Part shown: in pieces, positions 29,257 to 38,549 of the stretch | Layout of the letters: each line of letters opens with the position of its first letter | How positions within the stretch are numbered: position 1 is the stretch's first letter | Source of the DNA: Candidatus Cryptobacteroides sp. | Lineage (GTDB): Bacteria > Bacteroidota > Bacteroidia > Bacteroidales > UBA932 | Direction: 5' to 3' | Length of the DNA: 64,000 nucleotides | Assembly: GCA_045640445.1 (NCBI GenBank) | Contig: JAZUFA010000056.1 | Coordinates: forward strand, 4,208 to 68,207 | Program-made: the position numbers and the translations under genes | Notes under the pieces: model-generated | Seen by the model: the letters and a program-made list of their open reading frames with translations, nothing else | Database searches by the model: none | What the model was told of the DNA's origin: nothing

Positions 29257-29979
29257 ATGATATCGATTGCAGACTTTCTCAGCTCGCCTCTCAAAGGTGT
29301 ATTTGACGGTTTCACGGACTGGCATTGCCACATCCTCCCCGGCGTCGACGACGGCTTCAAGACTCTTGAAGACAGTCTTTCCGTACTCGCACGCTACGAG
29401 GAGGCAGGCGTGAAGAACGTATTCTTCACACCCCATGTAATGGTGGACATGCCCAATGAGACCGACGACCTGAGAAGAAGGTTCGACGAACTTCAGGCTG
29501 CCTACACCGGGCATCTGAAGCTTTTCCTCGCATCGGAGAACATGCTTGACGACCTGTTCCTGAAAAGACTGGAGTCAAAGGACTTCCTGCCACTTCCGGA
29601 CAAGAGGCTGCTCGTGGAAACGTCGTACTTCAACCCGCCCGTCGACCTGTTCGGAACGCTGCGTAAAATAGAAAAGGCCGGCTATTCACCGGTCCTTGCA
29701 CACCCCGAGAGGTATCAGTATATGAGCGAGCACAAGTACGTTGCGCTCCTTGACAACGAGATAGAATTCCAGCTCAACATTGCATCCCTTACCGGGTACT
29801 ACGGCAAGGAGGCGCAGAGCCGTGCACAGTGGCTGTTGTCAGAGGAGGGGTATTCATACTGCGGCACAGACCTGCACCGCAAGTCGCAGTTCGAGCATCT
29901 GCTCGAGTCCAAGGTAAGGCGTTCAAGCCTTAAACAGCTTCAGGAGACCGTTCTTGATGTCTCCAACATACTGGAGTAG
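29257..29979 (+). CDS. cpsB: PHP-family tyrosine-protein phosphatase (CpsB/CapC type)
   Basis: DWHCHILPGVDDG, TPH, LLVETS, AHPERY, GTDLH. Confidence 0.9.
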   Translation: MISIADFLSSPLKGVFDGFTDWHCHILPGVDDGFKTLEDSLSVLARYEEAGVKNVFFTPHVMVDMPNETDDLRRRFDELQAAYTGHLKLFLASENMLDDLFLKRLESKDFLPLPDKRLLVETSYFNPPVDLFGTLRKIEKAGYSPVLAHPERYQYMSEHKYVALLDNEIEFQLNIASLTGYYGKEAQSRAQWLLSEEGYSYCGTDLHRKSQFEHLLESKVRRSSLKQLQETVLDVSNILE

Positions 29980-30999
29980 GGCCTTCCCCGGAAAGATGGG
30001 GAGCATCATCTTCAAACGCCTGTGAATGAAGCGCAAGGAACCACCCTTGTGCTTTAATTTGCTCTGACCCTGGCGGCCGTGCTTGAACTCGCGGTTGTCG
30101 CCCTGGACGAGGAAGAAGCCGGCGAGCTTCGAGCCTCTTCCAGCCTTTGATGCATCGTAGAACGGCACATCCTCCGGAGGAAGTCCCAGAGTCTGCACGG
30201 CTGCGCAACCGAAGACCTGCCAGACATCCTTCAACTTGAAATAGTCGAGCCACTTCTCCAAACTGTCAAGGTCAAGCCGGCCTCTGTGCGAATGCAGGAA
30301 CACGGCCCAGTCGCAGAGCTGGCGCATGCCTATGCCCATGGCCTTGAAATGACACCACAGATGATGCAGGATATAGAAGGCATTGAAGGTGGGTTCGGGG
30401 GTGTTGACGAGGGCTCCGTCCAGGTTCACCTGCTCGAGCCCCTGCAAGGTGCCGGCGTCAGAAATTCGCTGATATTCAGCATTCCGGCGTTTATTACCAA
30501 GCGTCTCCGTATACTTGTGAAGTTCGATGTCGAGTGTCCCGCCAACGTGGAAGGTCACGTGCTTGCCGCCCACCTCCGTTTCAGCGCCGAAAAGGCGCTT
30601 CATCACTTCGCGGGCGCGGTCGAACTCACTGACATAAATGTCGATGTCCCCGGCCTGACGGATAGTCGGCACAGGGTACCATGAAGCAATCCCCTGCCCC
30701 TTGAGGAGTACGGGGTGAATGCCTTCGCCCTCGAGGGCGGAAAAGCAGTATGCTATGACCTGGTTGGCGGCTTCGTGGGATTTGTCGCACTTCCTGACGC
30801 TCTCCAGCAGAGCATCATATGCCTGCGGCGGGAGCTTGGCGCCCATCTTGTCCAGCAGGGCCTTGCTCACCACAGGTTGTGTGTTCTGGCTGACCGCAAG
30901 GCTCATGATCTCCGAGAACTTGACGGAGCCGGAAACGACGGCCGGCCTGTTCCAAAGGCCGGCTCGAAGAAGTTCAAGATATATCTCGACAGAAGTCAT
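29923..30999 (-). CDS. Uncharacterised nucleotidyltransferase family protein (NTP_transf_5-like)
   Basis: 'VLLKGQGIASWYPVPTIRQAGDIDIYV', 'IELH', 'GIGMRQLCDW'. ATG 30999 overlaps the wbpB stop (TAATG). Confidence 0.8.
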   Translation of the reverse strand: MTSVEIYLELLRAGLWNRPAVVSGSVKFSEIMSLAVSQNTQPVVSKALLDKMGAKLPPQAYDALLESVRKCDKSHEAANQVIAYCFSALEGEGIHPVLLKGQGIASWYPVPTIRQAGDIDIYVSEFDRAREVMKRLFGAETEVGGKHVTFHVGGTLDIELHKYTETLGNKRRNAEYQRISDAGTLQGLEQVNLDGALVNTPEPTFNAFYILHHLWCHFKAMGIGMRQLCDWAVFLHSHRGRLDLDSLEKWLDYFKLKDVWQVFGCAAVQTLGLPPEDVPFYDASKAGRGSKLAGFFLVQGDNREFKHGRQGQSKLKHKGGSLRFIHRRLKMMLPIFPGKALLQYVGDIKNGLLKLFKA

Positions 31000-31976
31000 T
31001 ATCTCTTCTCGTCCCATCCGAAAGGATGCGGGCTCAAGGGAAGTTTTGCCAGAGGGTGGTAGTCACCCTTGAGGCCGATGGGGGTCGCGTTACGTATCTG
31101 GCTCACGATCTCGATGCACGGACGCGCCTCGCTGATGCGGAAGCCCTCGCCTGAAAGTATCTTCTGGTAACTGAGGGTGTGCAGCTCGGTGAAGCCCTGG
31201 CTGAACTCGAACTCGTCGCCGTCGATACTGAGGGTGCGGTAGGTGCGTTTCTCGCCCTGTACCGCATTCTCGGGCAGGCAGTCGGCATTGATGCTGAGGA
31301 AGTAGCGCACGCGGGCCTTCTTAAGGAGAAGGAAGCCCGCAACGCGGTCGAAGCTCATCACATGCACGATATTCTGCTCCACGGGGCCGAATATCCACTG
31401 CAGCATATCGTAGAAGTGCACGCCTATGTTGGTGGCGATTCCGCCACTCTTGTGCACGTCACCCTTCCATGAAGTATAGTACCAACGGCCGCGGGAGGTT
31501 ATATAGGTGAGGTCCACGTCGTAGATCTTGTCCTGCGGACCCTCATCCACCTTCTTCTTAAGTGCGGCGATGGAGTCATGCAGACGGAGCTGGAGGATAT
31601 TGTATGCCTTGTGGCCGGTCTCCGCCTCAACCTTTTCAAGAGCGTCGATGTTATAGGGATTGAGCACGACGGGCTTCTCGCAGATCACGTCGCAGCCCAG
31701 ACGCAGTCCGTAGCGGATGAATGCGTCGTGGGTGTAGTTGGGCGTGCAGACGCTCATCCACTGCAAAGGGGTGGATGAGTTCTGGAGCTTCGAGCAATGG
31801 CGGTCGAACAGCTCGTTCTCGGTGAAGAAAGAGCACTCGGGGAAGAAGCTGTCAAGACGGCCTACGCTGTCGAACTTGTCATATGCAGCGAGCAGTTCGT
31901 TGCCGGTATCCTTTATTGCCTTGAGGTGGCGGGGAGCAATGTAACCCGCAGCTCCTATCAATGCGAAATTTGCCAT
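30999..31976 (-). CDS. wbpB: UDP-GlcNAcA 3-dehydrogenase (Gfo/Idh/MocA family)
   Basis: MANFALIGAAGYIAPRH, ICEKP, ILQLRLH, YITSRG, SGGIATNIGVHFYD: close to the WbpB pattern. Confidence 0.9.
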   Translation of the reverse strand: MANFALIGAAGYIAPRHLKAIKDTGNELLAAYDKFDSVGRLDSFFPECSFFTENELFDRHCSKLQNSSTPLQWMSVCTPNYTHDAFIRYGLRLGCDVICEKPVVLNPYNIDALEKVEAETGHKAYNILQLRLHDSIAALKKKVDEGPQDKIYDVDLTYITSRGRWYYTSWKGDVHKSGGIATNIGVHFYDMLQWIFGPVEQNIVHVMSFDRVAGFLLLKKARVRYFLSINADCLPENAVQGEKRTYRTLSIDGDEFEFSQGFTELHTLSYQKILSGEGFRISEARPCIEIVSQIRNATPIGLKGDYHPLAKLPLSPHPFGWDEKR

Positions 31977-34570
31977 TATTCTGCGCTTTCTGATTCAGAA
32001 GAAGATTCAGACGAACGGCGACGGCGATGCTTCTTTCCGCCGTCAGCAGCCTCTTCGGGATGCTCCTTGTCGTAGTCGCCATAACCGTATCCCTTGTCGC
32101 CGTAGCCGTATGCGCTGCCGTAGCCATAGCTGTGACCGTAGCCATAACCATAGCCGTGGCCGTAGCCGTAGCCGTAGCCATAGCCGTAACCATAGTGGCT
32201 CTTCTTTGCATACTCCACATCGTTGAGGATGATGTTCATCTTGGGGAATGCGCCGGTCTTGTAGATCTTCTCCACGTCAGGAAGCATACGCTTGTCAACA
32301 TAACCTGAGCGGACTACGAAGATGGTGGAATCGGCATATTTCTTCACGATGCTTGCATCTGCAAGGATGCCTGCAGGGATGGAGTCAAGGAAGATATACT
32401 CGTACTGGGTGCGCAGATAGTCCATCATCCTGCCAAAGCGCTCGTCGGAGAGAAGCTCGGCAGGGTTGGGCGGCATGGCACCGGTGAACACTGCGTCGAC
32501 GCAATCTGAAATCGCGTCCTTTGTAACGATGCTTGTGACGTCGTCAATCTGGCCTGACAGATACTCTGACATGCCGGTAACCTTTGTGCTTGAGAACTGC
32601 TTGGTGAGAGTACACTTGCGGAGATCGACATCGAGCACGCAGACCTTCTTGCCAACAAGGCCGAGAGAGGTTGCAAGGTTCGTGGTGATGAATGACTTAC
32701 CTGAACTCTCGAGGAGCGAAGTCATGAGGAATACATTGGAAGCCTTGTCACCATCCTTGACGTACTCTATGTTGGATCGCAGGATACGGAACGCCTCAGA
32801 TATCGGGTCGCGGCGCTTGTTGGACACAACGATCTGGGGAGGATCCGTCTTTGTATGATGGTGAGTGCCCTTCTTTGAAGATGACTTCTTCTTTTTCTTC
32901 TTGGCCTTCTTCTCGCCGGGGAGATGGTTGGAAGGTATCTCGGCAAGGAAAGGAGCAGATACTATTCTTTCAACATCGTCGCGGAAGCGCACACGTGTGT
33001 CGAATATGCTGAAGAGGAAGAAGAGTGCGACGGGGATGAGCAGGCCGATGAGGAAGCCGACTATTGTCTGGCGCCTCTCGTCGGGCGCTACCGGATTACG
33101 GTTCACACGGGCCTCATCGATAATGCGGGCATTGCCCTCGATGGACGGCTGGCTGATGAGGAGTTCCTCACGCTTGCTGAGGAGGTTCAGATAAAGGCTC
33201 TCCTTGATCTTCTGCAAACGCTCCACGCCCTCGATGTACACCTGCTTGACAGGAGCGGAACGGAGTTGCGAACGGACATGGGACGAGTATGCCTCAACGC
33301 CACGTGCCTTTTCCTCCATTGTGCCGATATAACTGTCGAGCATGCTCTCGATGGTGGCCTTCTGAGATGCCTGGTCGGCCTGGAGCTCCTTCACAACAGG
33401 GTTGTTTGTCGCGCCAGTGGAAGCGTACTTGTCAAGCTTCTTGGCATTCTCGTTATACTGGGCTATCATCTCATCCACAGTGCTGTTGTTCAGACCGATG
33501 CCGGTAGGAAGAGTACCTCCGTTAGAATTTCCTGCAGCACTGCGTACGTATCTTGCCAGAGACAACTGACGCTGAAGGGCCTCCATCTCCTCGGAAGCCT
33601 CGACGTTTCCAGCAACGAACTCCTGACCATAATTCTGCGTGTCGACAATCTGGTTGGCACTCTTGAAGGCTGCTATTTCGCCTTCCTTGCTGCTCAGGTC
33701 GTTGTCAAGTGAATTCAGACGGTCATTGATGTAATCATATGTTTGAGCTATGACAGCCTTTTTTGCGTTTACAGCATTGCCATTGTATACGGCTATGACC
33801 TCGTTACAGATCGCTGCTGCCTTGATAGGCGAAGTATCGCGGATTGAGAGGCTGAGCACATTATCCATCTCGTCGTTGCGGGAGACGGAGAGTGCATCCC
33901 TGTACCTGTCAGCAACATCATTGACATTCATATAGCTGACGGTGATGGGCGTGCCATAATAAGAATCGGTAAGGAACCAGGTCTTGTCCACTACAATCCT
34001 CGTGGTAGGTGTGGCAAGGGTGTCGCCATATGCAGCCTTCTGTGTATATGACTCGCCTTCCGAAATGGTATAAAGGCTGTCTGAAACAGGTGTAACGACA
34101 ACAGTCTGATACTGAGTGCCGTTGAAGTCCATGAAATTGACTGTGACAGGGCTCTCGCCATAGAGGTCACGGTCGCGCTTTACGACCTTGCTGCGGCACT
34201 TGTAACCGACATTGAGATTCAGGTTCTCCACAACCTGGATCATGGCAGTCTTTGACTTGAGAGCAAATATCTCACTGTTGATCGCAGTATAGTTCAGCTG
34301 GATACGGCGTGAACCGAGGCTGTTCATCTGGTTGCTCGGAGCCTGGATCGCGTTGTCGTTGATGAGGGACTGGATTGCAATTCTGGCATTCGAGCTATAG
34401 ATACGTGGCTTCTGGTGAACAGAATACCATGATACAAACGCTCCGATTACGGCGCAAAGCAGGAACCAGTGGAGGTTCCTGAGAAGCGTTATGGTTATGT
34501 CTTTGATATGGAGAAAGTCGCTGGTACTCTCTTCAACAAATGTAGACTCGTTGTTTCTGTTGTCTTCCAT
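31976..34570 (-). CDS. wzc: Polysaccharide co-polymerase / BY tyrosine kinase
   Basis: Two TM segments around a coiled-coil periplasmic domain; EAFRILRSN, Walker A SSGKS, A' DVDLR, PPNPAELL, Walker B IFLDS; Tyr cluster tail. Confidence 0.93.
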   Translation of the reverse strand: MEDNRNNESTFVEESTSDFLHIKDITITLLRNLHWFLLCAVIGAFVSWYSVHQKPRIYSSNARIAIQSLINDNAIQAPSNQMNSLGSRRIQLNYTAINSEIFALKSKTAMIQVVENLNLNVGYKCRSKVVKRDRDLYGESPVTVNFMDFNGTQYQTVVVTPVSDSLYTISEGESYTQKAAYGDTLATPTTRIVVDKTWFLTDSYYGTPITVSYMNVNDVADRYRDALSVSRNDEMDNVLSLSIRDTSPIKAAAICNEVIAVYNGNAVNAKKAVIAQTYDYINDRLNSLDNDLSSKEGEIAAFKSANQIVDTQNYGQEFVAGNVEASEEMEALQRQLSLARYVRSAAGNSNGGTLPTGIGLNNSTVDEMIAQYNENAKKLDKYASTGATNNPVVKELQADQASQKATIESMLDSYIGTMEEKARGVEAYSSHVRSQLRSAPVKQVYIEGVERLQKIKESLYLNLLSKREELLISQPSIEGNARIIDEARVNRNPVAPDERRQTIVGFLIGLLIPVALFFLFSIFDTRVRFRDDVERIVSAPFLAEIPSNHLPGEKKAKKKKKKSSSKKGTHHHTKTDPPQIVVSNKRRDPISEAFRILRSNIEYVKDGDKASNVFLMTSLLESSGKSFITTNLATSLGLVGKKVCVLDVDLRKCTLTKQFSSTKVTGMSEYLSGQIDDVTSIVTKDAISDCVDAVFTGAMPPNPAELLSDERFGRMMDYLRTQYEYIFLDSIPAGILADASIVKKYADSTIFVVRSGYVDKRMLPDVEKIYKTGAFPKMNIILNDVEYAKKSHYGYGYGYGYGYGHGYGYGYGHSYGYGSAYGYGDKGYGYGDYDKEHPEEAADGGKKHRRRRSSESSSESESAE
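32072..32194 (-). repeat. Imperfect 6-bp (TAYGGY)n coding repeat giving the (YG)n tyrosine cluster of Wzc
   Basis: Encodes YGYGYGYGYGYGHGYGYGYGHSYGYGSAYGYGDKGYGYGDY (16 Tyr). Confidence 0.9.
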
Positions 34571-35361
34571 TACTTTGCAACTCTAAAAACAAGGAAAAGG
34601 GTTGTAGCCAACGATGCGAATGAGGTTCCCAGGGAAATCCATGAGTTCCAGAAGCTCACCTCATCGCGCCAGTACTTGGAACCGTATGACTGTGTAACGA
34701 TGATATCGTTCTTCTGAAGGATGAAGAACGGGTCGTTGAACACGTCGGACTTGCGGGGGTCGATGTAGTGCATGGTCATCTTGCCGTCGATCTCGCGAAG
34801 AACGCCGATCTTGTCGCGGCGTGTGTATGCGCTGATATCGCCTGACATCGCAAGGGCCTCGAGGAAGGTGCAGCGCTCATTGGAGATGTTGATGGTCTTG
34901 CCGCCGTCTGAACCAAGGAAGAACACCTTGAAGTTGTAGAAGCGTACCATGACATAAGGATCTGCGAGATAGTTACCGTCGACCAGAATGTTGCAGATCA
35001 GGTCCTGAAGCTGAAGACGGGTAAGGCCGGCAGCATGGATTTCTCCCAGAATAGGAAGCTGGATATTCCCATCGGGATCAACAAGATAGGTAAACTGATT
35101 AGTACCACCTGTCATGCCACTGCCTACTACACCTGATGTCCTGATGTTGAAAGGCTTTGCAATCTCAGGATCAGGGCAGGATATGATTACGTCAAGCTCG
35201 TCATAGGGAACGATGACAGCCTGAATCTTGTTCTCCATCTCAATCTGGCTGTTCTGCCCCATGTCCTGGAGATAAACTACTTGTTTAGGTGTCGCACATG
35301 ATGCTGCAAGAAGCATTGCAGCACCGATGAACGCAATTGAAAGTATTCTGTATGTTTTCAT
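34570..35361 (-). CDS. wza: Polysaccharide export outer-membrane lipoprotein
   Basis: Lipobox AASC; 'YLVDPDGNIQLPILGEIHAAGLT' Poly_export motif; 'LEALAMSGD'; C-terminal amphipathic helix. Confidence 0.92.
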   Translation of the reverse strand: MKTYRILSIAFIGAAMLLAASCATPKQVVYLQDMGQNSQIEMENKIQAVIVPYDELDVIISCPDPEIAKPFNIRTSGVVGSGMTGGTNQFTYLVDPDGNIQLPILGEIHAAGLTRLQLQDLICNILVDGNYLADPYVMVRFYNFKVFFLGSDGGKTINISNERCTFLEALAMSGDISAYTRRDKIGVLREIDGKMTMHYIDPRKSDVFNDPFFILQKNDIIVTQSYGSKYWRDEVSFWNSWISLGTSFASLATTLFLVFRVAK

Positions 35362-35380
35362 AATTGCAATATATAACTTA

Positions 35381-35388
35381 CAAAGTTA
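35381..35388 (-). promoter_or_regulatory. Candidate internal -7 element (TAACTTTG) for wza-wzc-wbpB, overlapping the upstream stop codon
   Basis: TAnnTTTG match 20 bp upstream of the wza ATG; no clear -33 box. Confidence 0.45.
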
Positions 35389-36123
35389 AGCATTATTTCG
35401 CATAATCATCAGCCTTTTAACCAGGTTTTTGGCATTTTGGAGGACAAGTTCCCTCATCCATGGGACAAAAGAATCGTTCCACCTCTGAGGATGTGTGGTA
35501 ATCATCACGTTTTTTGGCAAAAATCCCTCTTTTGCGGCAGACATCACATCATCGGTTGTATGAAATACAAGTTTGTCCTTTGTCCACCTGTCCTGATACT
35601 CCGGAATCCTGTCTCTGACACTCACTTTAAAGCCGTCCCAGCGCCTGCCGGTATCGGTCAGATAGAACGTCTTTGAAAAGTCGGTGTCGAGGTAAGGCTC
35701 GAACTCGGCTCCGACACTCCTGTAGTCATATTTCTTCCAGATATCCTTGCTGTCCCACTTCGACTTCGGGCTGCCATGCATGCATATCTTCGTTATCGGT
35801 TTGCCCACAATGGCTTCCAATTTTGCAAGATTAGACTTGAAGTCCTCCCATGCGGCATCAACATCACCATTGCAGGTGGTAAGGCATTCATAGTGATAGC
35901 CTATCTCATGGCCAAGAGCCGATATCTGCCGGATTATATCCTCATCCCAACTCTCAGGAACAGCACGGAAATAATATGTGGCAGTCCACCCCATGGATGC
36001 TTCCAACTGCGCCGTCTTCAAGCTGTTCAGGGGCTTGAGGTCAACGTCGTGCCTTAAAGATATGTTGCCATATCCTTGCAAGGCCTTGAGAAGTTCACCA
36101 TATTTTGTGAGCGTAAAATCCAT
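35386..36123 (-). CDS. Polysaccharide-deacetylase-like (NodB/CE4-fold) protein
   Basis: LRHDVD, ATYYFR, GHEIGYHYE, CMHGSP, THPQRW metal-site-like motifs. Confidence 0.65.
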   Translation of the reverse strand: MDFTLTKYGELLKALQGYGNISLRHDVDLKPLNSLKTAQLEASMGWTATYYFRAVPESWDEDIIRQISALGHEIGYHYECLTTCNGDVDAAWEDFKSNLAKLEAIVGKPITKICMHGSPKSKWDSKDIWKKYDYRSVGAEFEPYLDTDFSKTFYLTDTGRRWDGFKVSVRDRIPEYQDRWTKDKLVFHTTDDVMSAAKEGFLPKNVMITTHPQRWNDSFVPWMRELVLQNAKNLVKRLMIMRNNA

Positions 36124-36124
36124 C

Positions 36125-36592
36125 TTACTCCGGCAATTCTGACTTGTCGATCTCCCTTATGACCCTGGCGGGGACTCCTGCAACGACACTATAGTCGGGC
36201 ACGTCCCTGGTTACAACAGCACCGGCACCAACTACGCAGCACTTCCCTATCTTCACTCCCGGCAGCACAATGGCACCGGCCCCAAGCCACGAATCATGGC
36301 CTATCGATATGAAACGGGGAGGTGCGGGTATTACGGCGGACAGACGGCTGTTGTTCGGGTGGGACGCCAGCACCAGCGTCACATTGGGGCCGAGGCTCAC
36401 CCGGTCTTCCAGAACAAGTTCCATCCTGGTGTCCATTATGCCTGCCGTAACGGTCAGCCCGGGGCCGATATAAACATCCTCCCCTATCGTGAATCCGAGC
36501 TTCCTCAATGCATGAACCCTCATTCCACGGCCAGGAGCCTTGGACATCCTGTACCAGAATCCCCTGTGGAAATACTTAATCCAGTTTCTCAT
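36125..36592 (-). CDS. Hexapeptide-repeat (LbH) acyltransferase
   Basis: [49 protein letters not shown]. Confidence 0.88.
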   Translation of the reverse strand: MRNWIKYFHRGFWYRMSKAPGRGMRVHALRKLGFTIGEDVYIGPGLTVTAGIMDTRMELVLEDRVSLGPNVTLVLASHPNNSRLSAVIPAPPRFISIGHDSWLGAGAIVLPGVKIGKCCVVGAGAVVTRDVPDYSVVAGVPARVIREIDKSELPE

Positions 36593-37620
36593 ATTTCTTT
36601 GTGTATTACCTTTGAAACGACAGACTCCAGAAAAGCCGTCACATCTATCTTGTCAGCCATCAGACGTCCGTATCCGGACAGATCCACCTTCCCTGAAAGT
36701 ATGTCCACGCCCTTGCTGATTGCCCTCTGCTGGTCATCATCAGACTCGCTGAAGTTGAAGCACATGCCGTATCTCTTCTCCTGCTCCGTGGTATAATAGC
36801 GGCCGGTGTCGTCCATATAGACACCCGGGACACCGAGCACGACTCCTTCGGACACCATGGTGGCGCTTTCACCGAATATCATCGAAGCAAAAGCCATCAC
36901 ACTATGCACCTTCTCCGGAGCCGTCGGCAGTTTATACTTTTCCAGCTCATCAGGCAGTTCCTTCTCTGAAGATATGAACACCTTGCCATACTTCGAGAAC
37001 TCCTCAACTGCCCTCAGTTTGTTCTCATAGCTCATGCCCTTGTGGCCCTTGTCGTGAGTCGCGTTCCACGAAACGAAGCGCAGAAGGCTGTACTTCTCCC
37101 CCTCCTTGACCCCAAGTTCACCAAGGACTGATCTGTCAGGTGAGAACCTGTTCGGGTGGAGGTATGCAAGTTCGTGGTAACCGGCATAATGGATTTCCTT
37201 CTTCGAGATGAAGGGATGCTCGTAATCACCTGTAAGAATCGCCTTTGTGAACGGCTCATACAAGCGAATCTGCTCAAAGTTATATGTATCCTCAAACGAG
37301 ATATGCGGCCTGCGGTAAAGCCATGCCGCATGGGCGGCGTACATCGAACCATGGCTCAGAAGCACGTCAGGCTTGAACCGCCAGCATGTGCGGAGTTCCT
37401 TCCAGTCAAACTTCAGAAGACCCCAGACCTTGCCTGCAGTCGACTTGTATTTCTTGCCGAAGCAGACGTAGTCGAATCCCTCGGCTTCAAGCAGAGCTAA
37501 CTCAAATTCCTTGTCCCTGCAGGTGAAGAGAACTTTGTTGCCCGCCTTAATCATATCGTGGGCAGAGCATCTGAACAGATGCACGTGGGCAGGATGTCCA
37601 ATGTCTATCAGGATGTTCAT
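36589..37620 (-). CDS. DUF354-family GT-B-fold protein
   Basis: [51 protein letters not shown]. Confidence 0.8.
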   Translation of the reverse strand: MNILIDIGHPAHVHLFRCSAHDMIKAGNKVLFTCRDKEFELALLEAEGFDYVCFGKKYKSTAGKVWGLLKFDWKELRTCWRFKPDVLLSHGSMYAAHAAWLYRRPHISFEDTYNFEQIRLYEPFTKAILTGDYEHPFISKKEIHYAGYHELAYLHPNRFSPDRSVLGELGVKEGEKYSLLRFVSWNATHDKGHKGMSYENKLRAVEEFSKYGKVFISSEKELPDELEKYKLPTAPEKVHSVMAFASMIFGESATMVSEGVVLGVPGVYMDDTGRYYTTEQEKRYGMCFNFSESDDDQQRAISKGVDILSGKVDLSGYGRLMADKIDVTAFLESVVSKVIHKEI

Positions 37621-38549
37621 TTCAATTTCTTAAGTATCTTGACTCCAAGCGCTCCCAATTTGTAAAGGAATGGATCGAGGACATATTTGAAGCGGCCGTG
37701 TTCCACCAGCTCACCGCCGAACTTGGCCTTGAAATCACGCACGCCATAGCCACCGTCTCCAGGAGCGCCGGCGCCCATCATGTCAAACCGTCGATAACCA
37801 TTTTCAGCAGCATATCGGATTCCGGCATATGTAGCCAATGTTGAGGGAAACACGCTCTTGCTGATCCCATCCTCGCCACAGGCAAACCACTCATAAACGG
37901 TATCATCACCGCACACACATACGGTACCACCCACAACACGCCCCTCGAATCTGACAACAAAGATCCTGCCCCAGTTTTCAGAATAAAGTTTCTTGAAGAA
38001 TTCGAACGGGAACAGCGGCGTCTTAACTTTTGTGGTATAAAGCGTTTCTAATATATCGTACAGAGCCTTGACCTCGTCCGTAGATTCAGCCTCTCCTATT
38101 GTGGCGCCGTCACGAAAAGACGTACGGATATCGCGTTTCCGGCTCTTTCCAAGATTCGCCTCGACGACCTCCATCGAAGAAGTGTCTATGTGGAAGTTAT
38201 AATGAGGCTCATATTGCCAGCCGTATTTGCAAAACACGTCACGATACTGGCAATAATCGGCAAAATTCCTGATCTCGGCATAGATGGCCCTGCCATACAA
38301 TTGCCGTCTGCAGGAATTCAGCAGTTCCTGAATCTCCACATCTGTAATATCACCGGAAAGCATGGGGCCGCCGTTTATTATCGCCCTGCGGGAGAGAAAC
38401 CGCATGATACGTCCCCCGTCCCTCTGGATATATCCGACGATGCGTCCCTTGACCTCACCGCCTCTGCTTACAGAACACTCGAACGGTTCGATGAAGGACA
38501 TCGAACTGTACAAGGCCAGGCACTCATCCGATTGGAACCAGTTCGTCAT
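37617..38549 (-). CDS. FemAB-like GNAT (aminoacyl/acyl transferase)
   Basis: GGP, 'AEIRN', 'KSRKRDIR', 'FPFEFF', 'FDMMGAG...YGVRDFKAKFGG' Fem signature. Confidence 0.8.
   Translation of the reverse strand: MTNWFQSDECLALYSSMSFIEPFECSVSRGGEVKGRIVGYIQRDGGRIMRFLSRRAIINGGPMLSGDITDVEIQELLNSCRRQLYGRAIYAEIRNFADYCQYRDVFCKYGWQYEPHYNFHIDTSSMEVVEANLGKSRKRDIRTSFRDGATIGEAESTDEVKALYDILETLYTTKVKTPLFPFEFFKKLYSENWGRIFVVRFEGRVVGGTVCVCGDDTVYEWFACGEDGISKSVFPSTLATYAGIRYAAENGYRRFDMMGAGAPGDGGYGVRDFKAKFGGELVEHGRFKYVLDPFLYKLGALGVKILKKLK

Noticed and set aside
29923-30999. Lasso-peptide/RiPP cluster suggested by the nucleotidyltransferase family
   Set aside because: No precursor, PqqD/RRE, B protease or cyclase genes are nearby.
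32072-32194. CRISPR-like or non-coding repeat array
   Set aside because: The 6-bp units have no spacers and are fully explained by the Wzc YG coding repeat.
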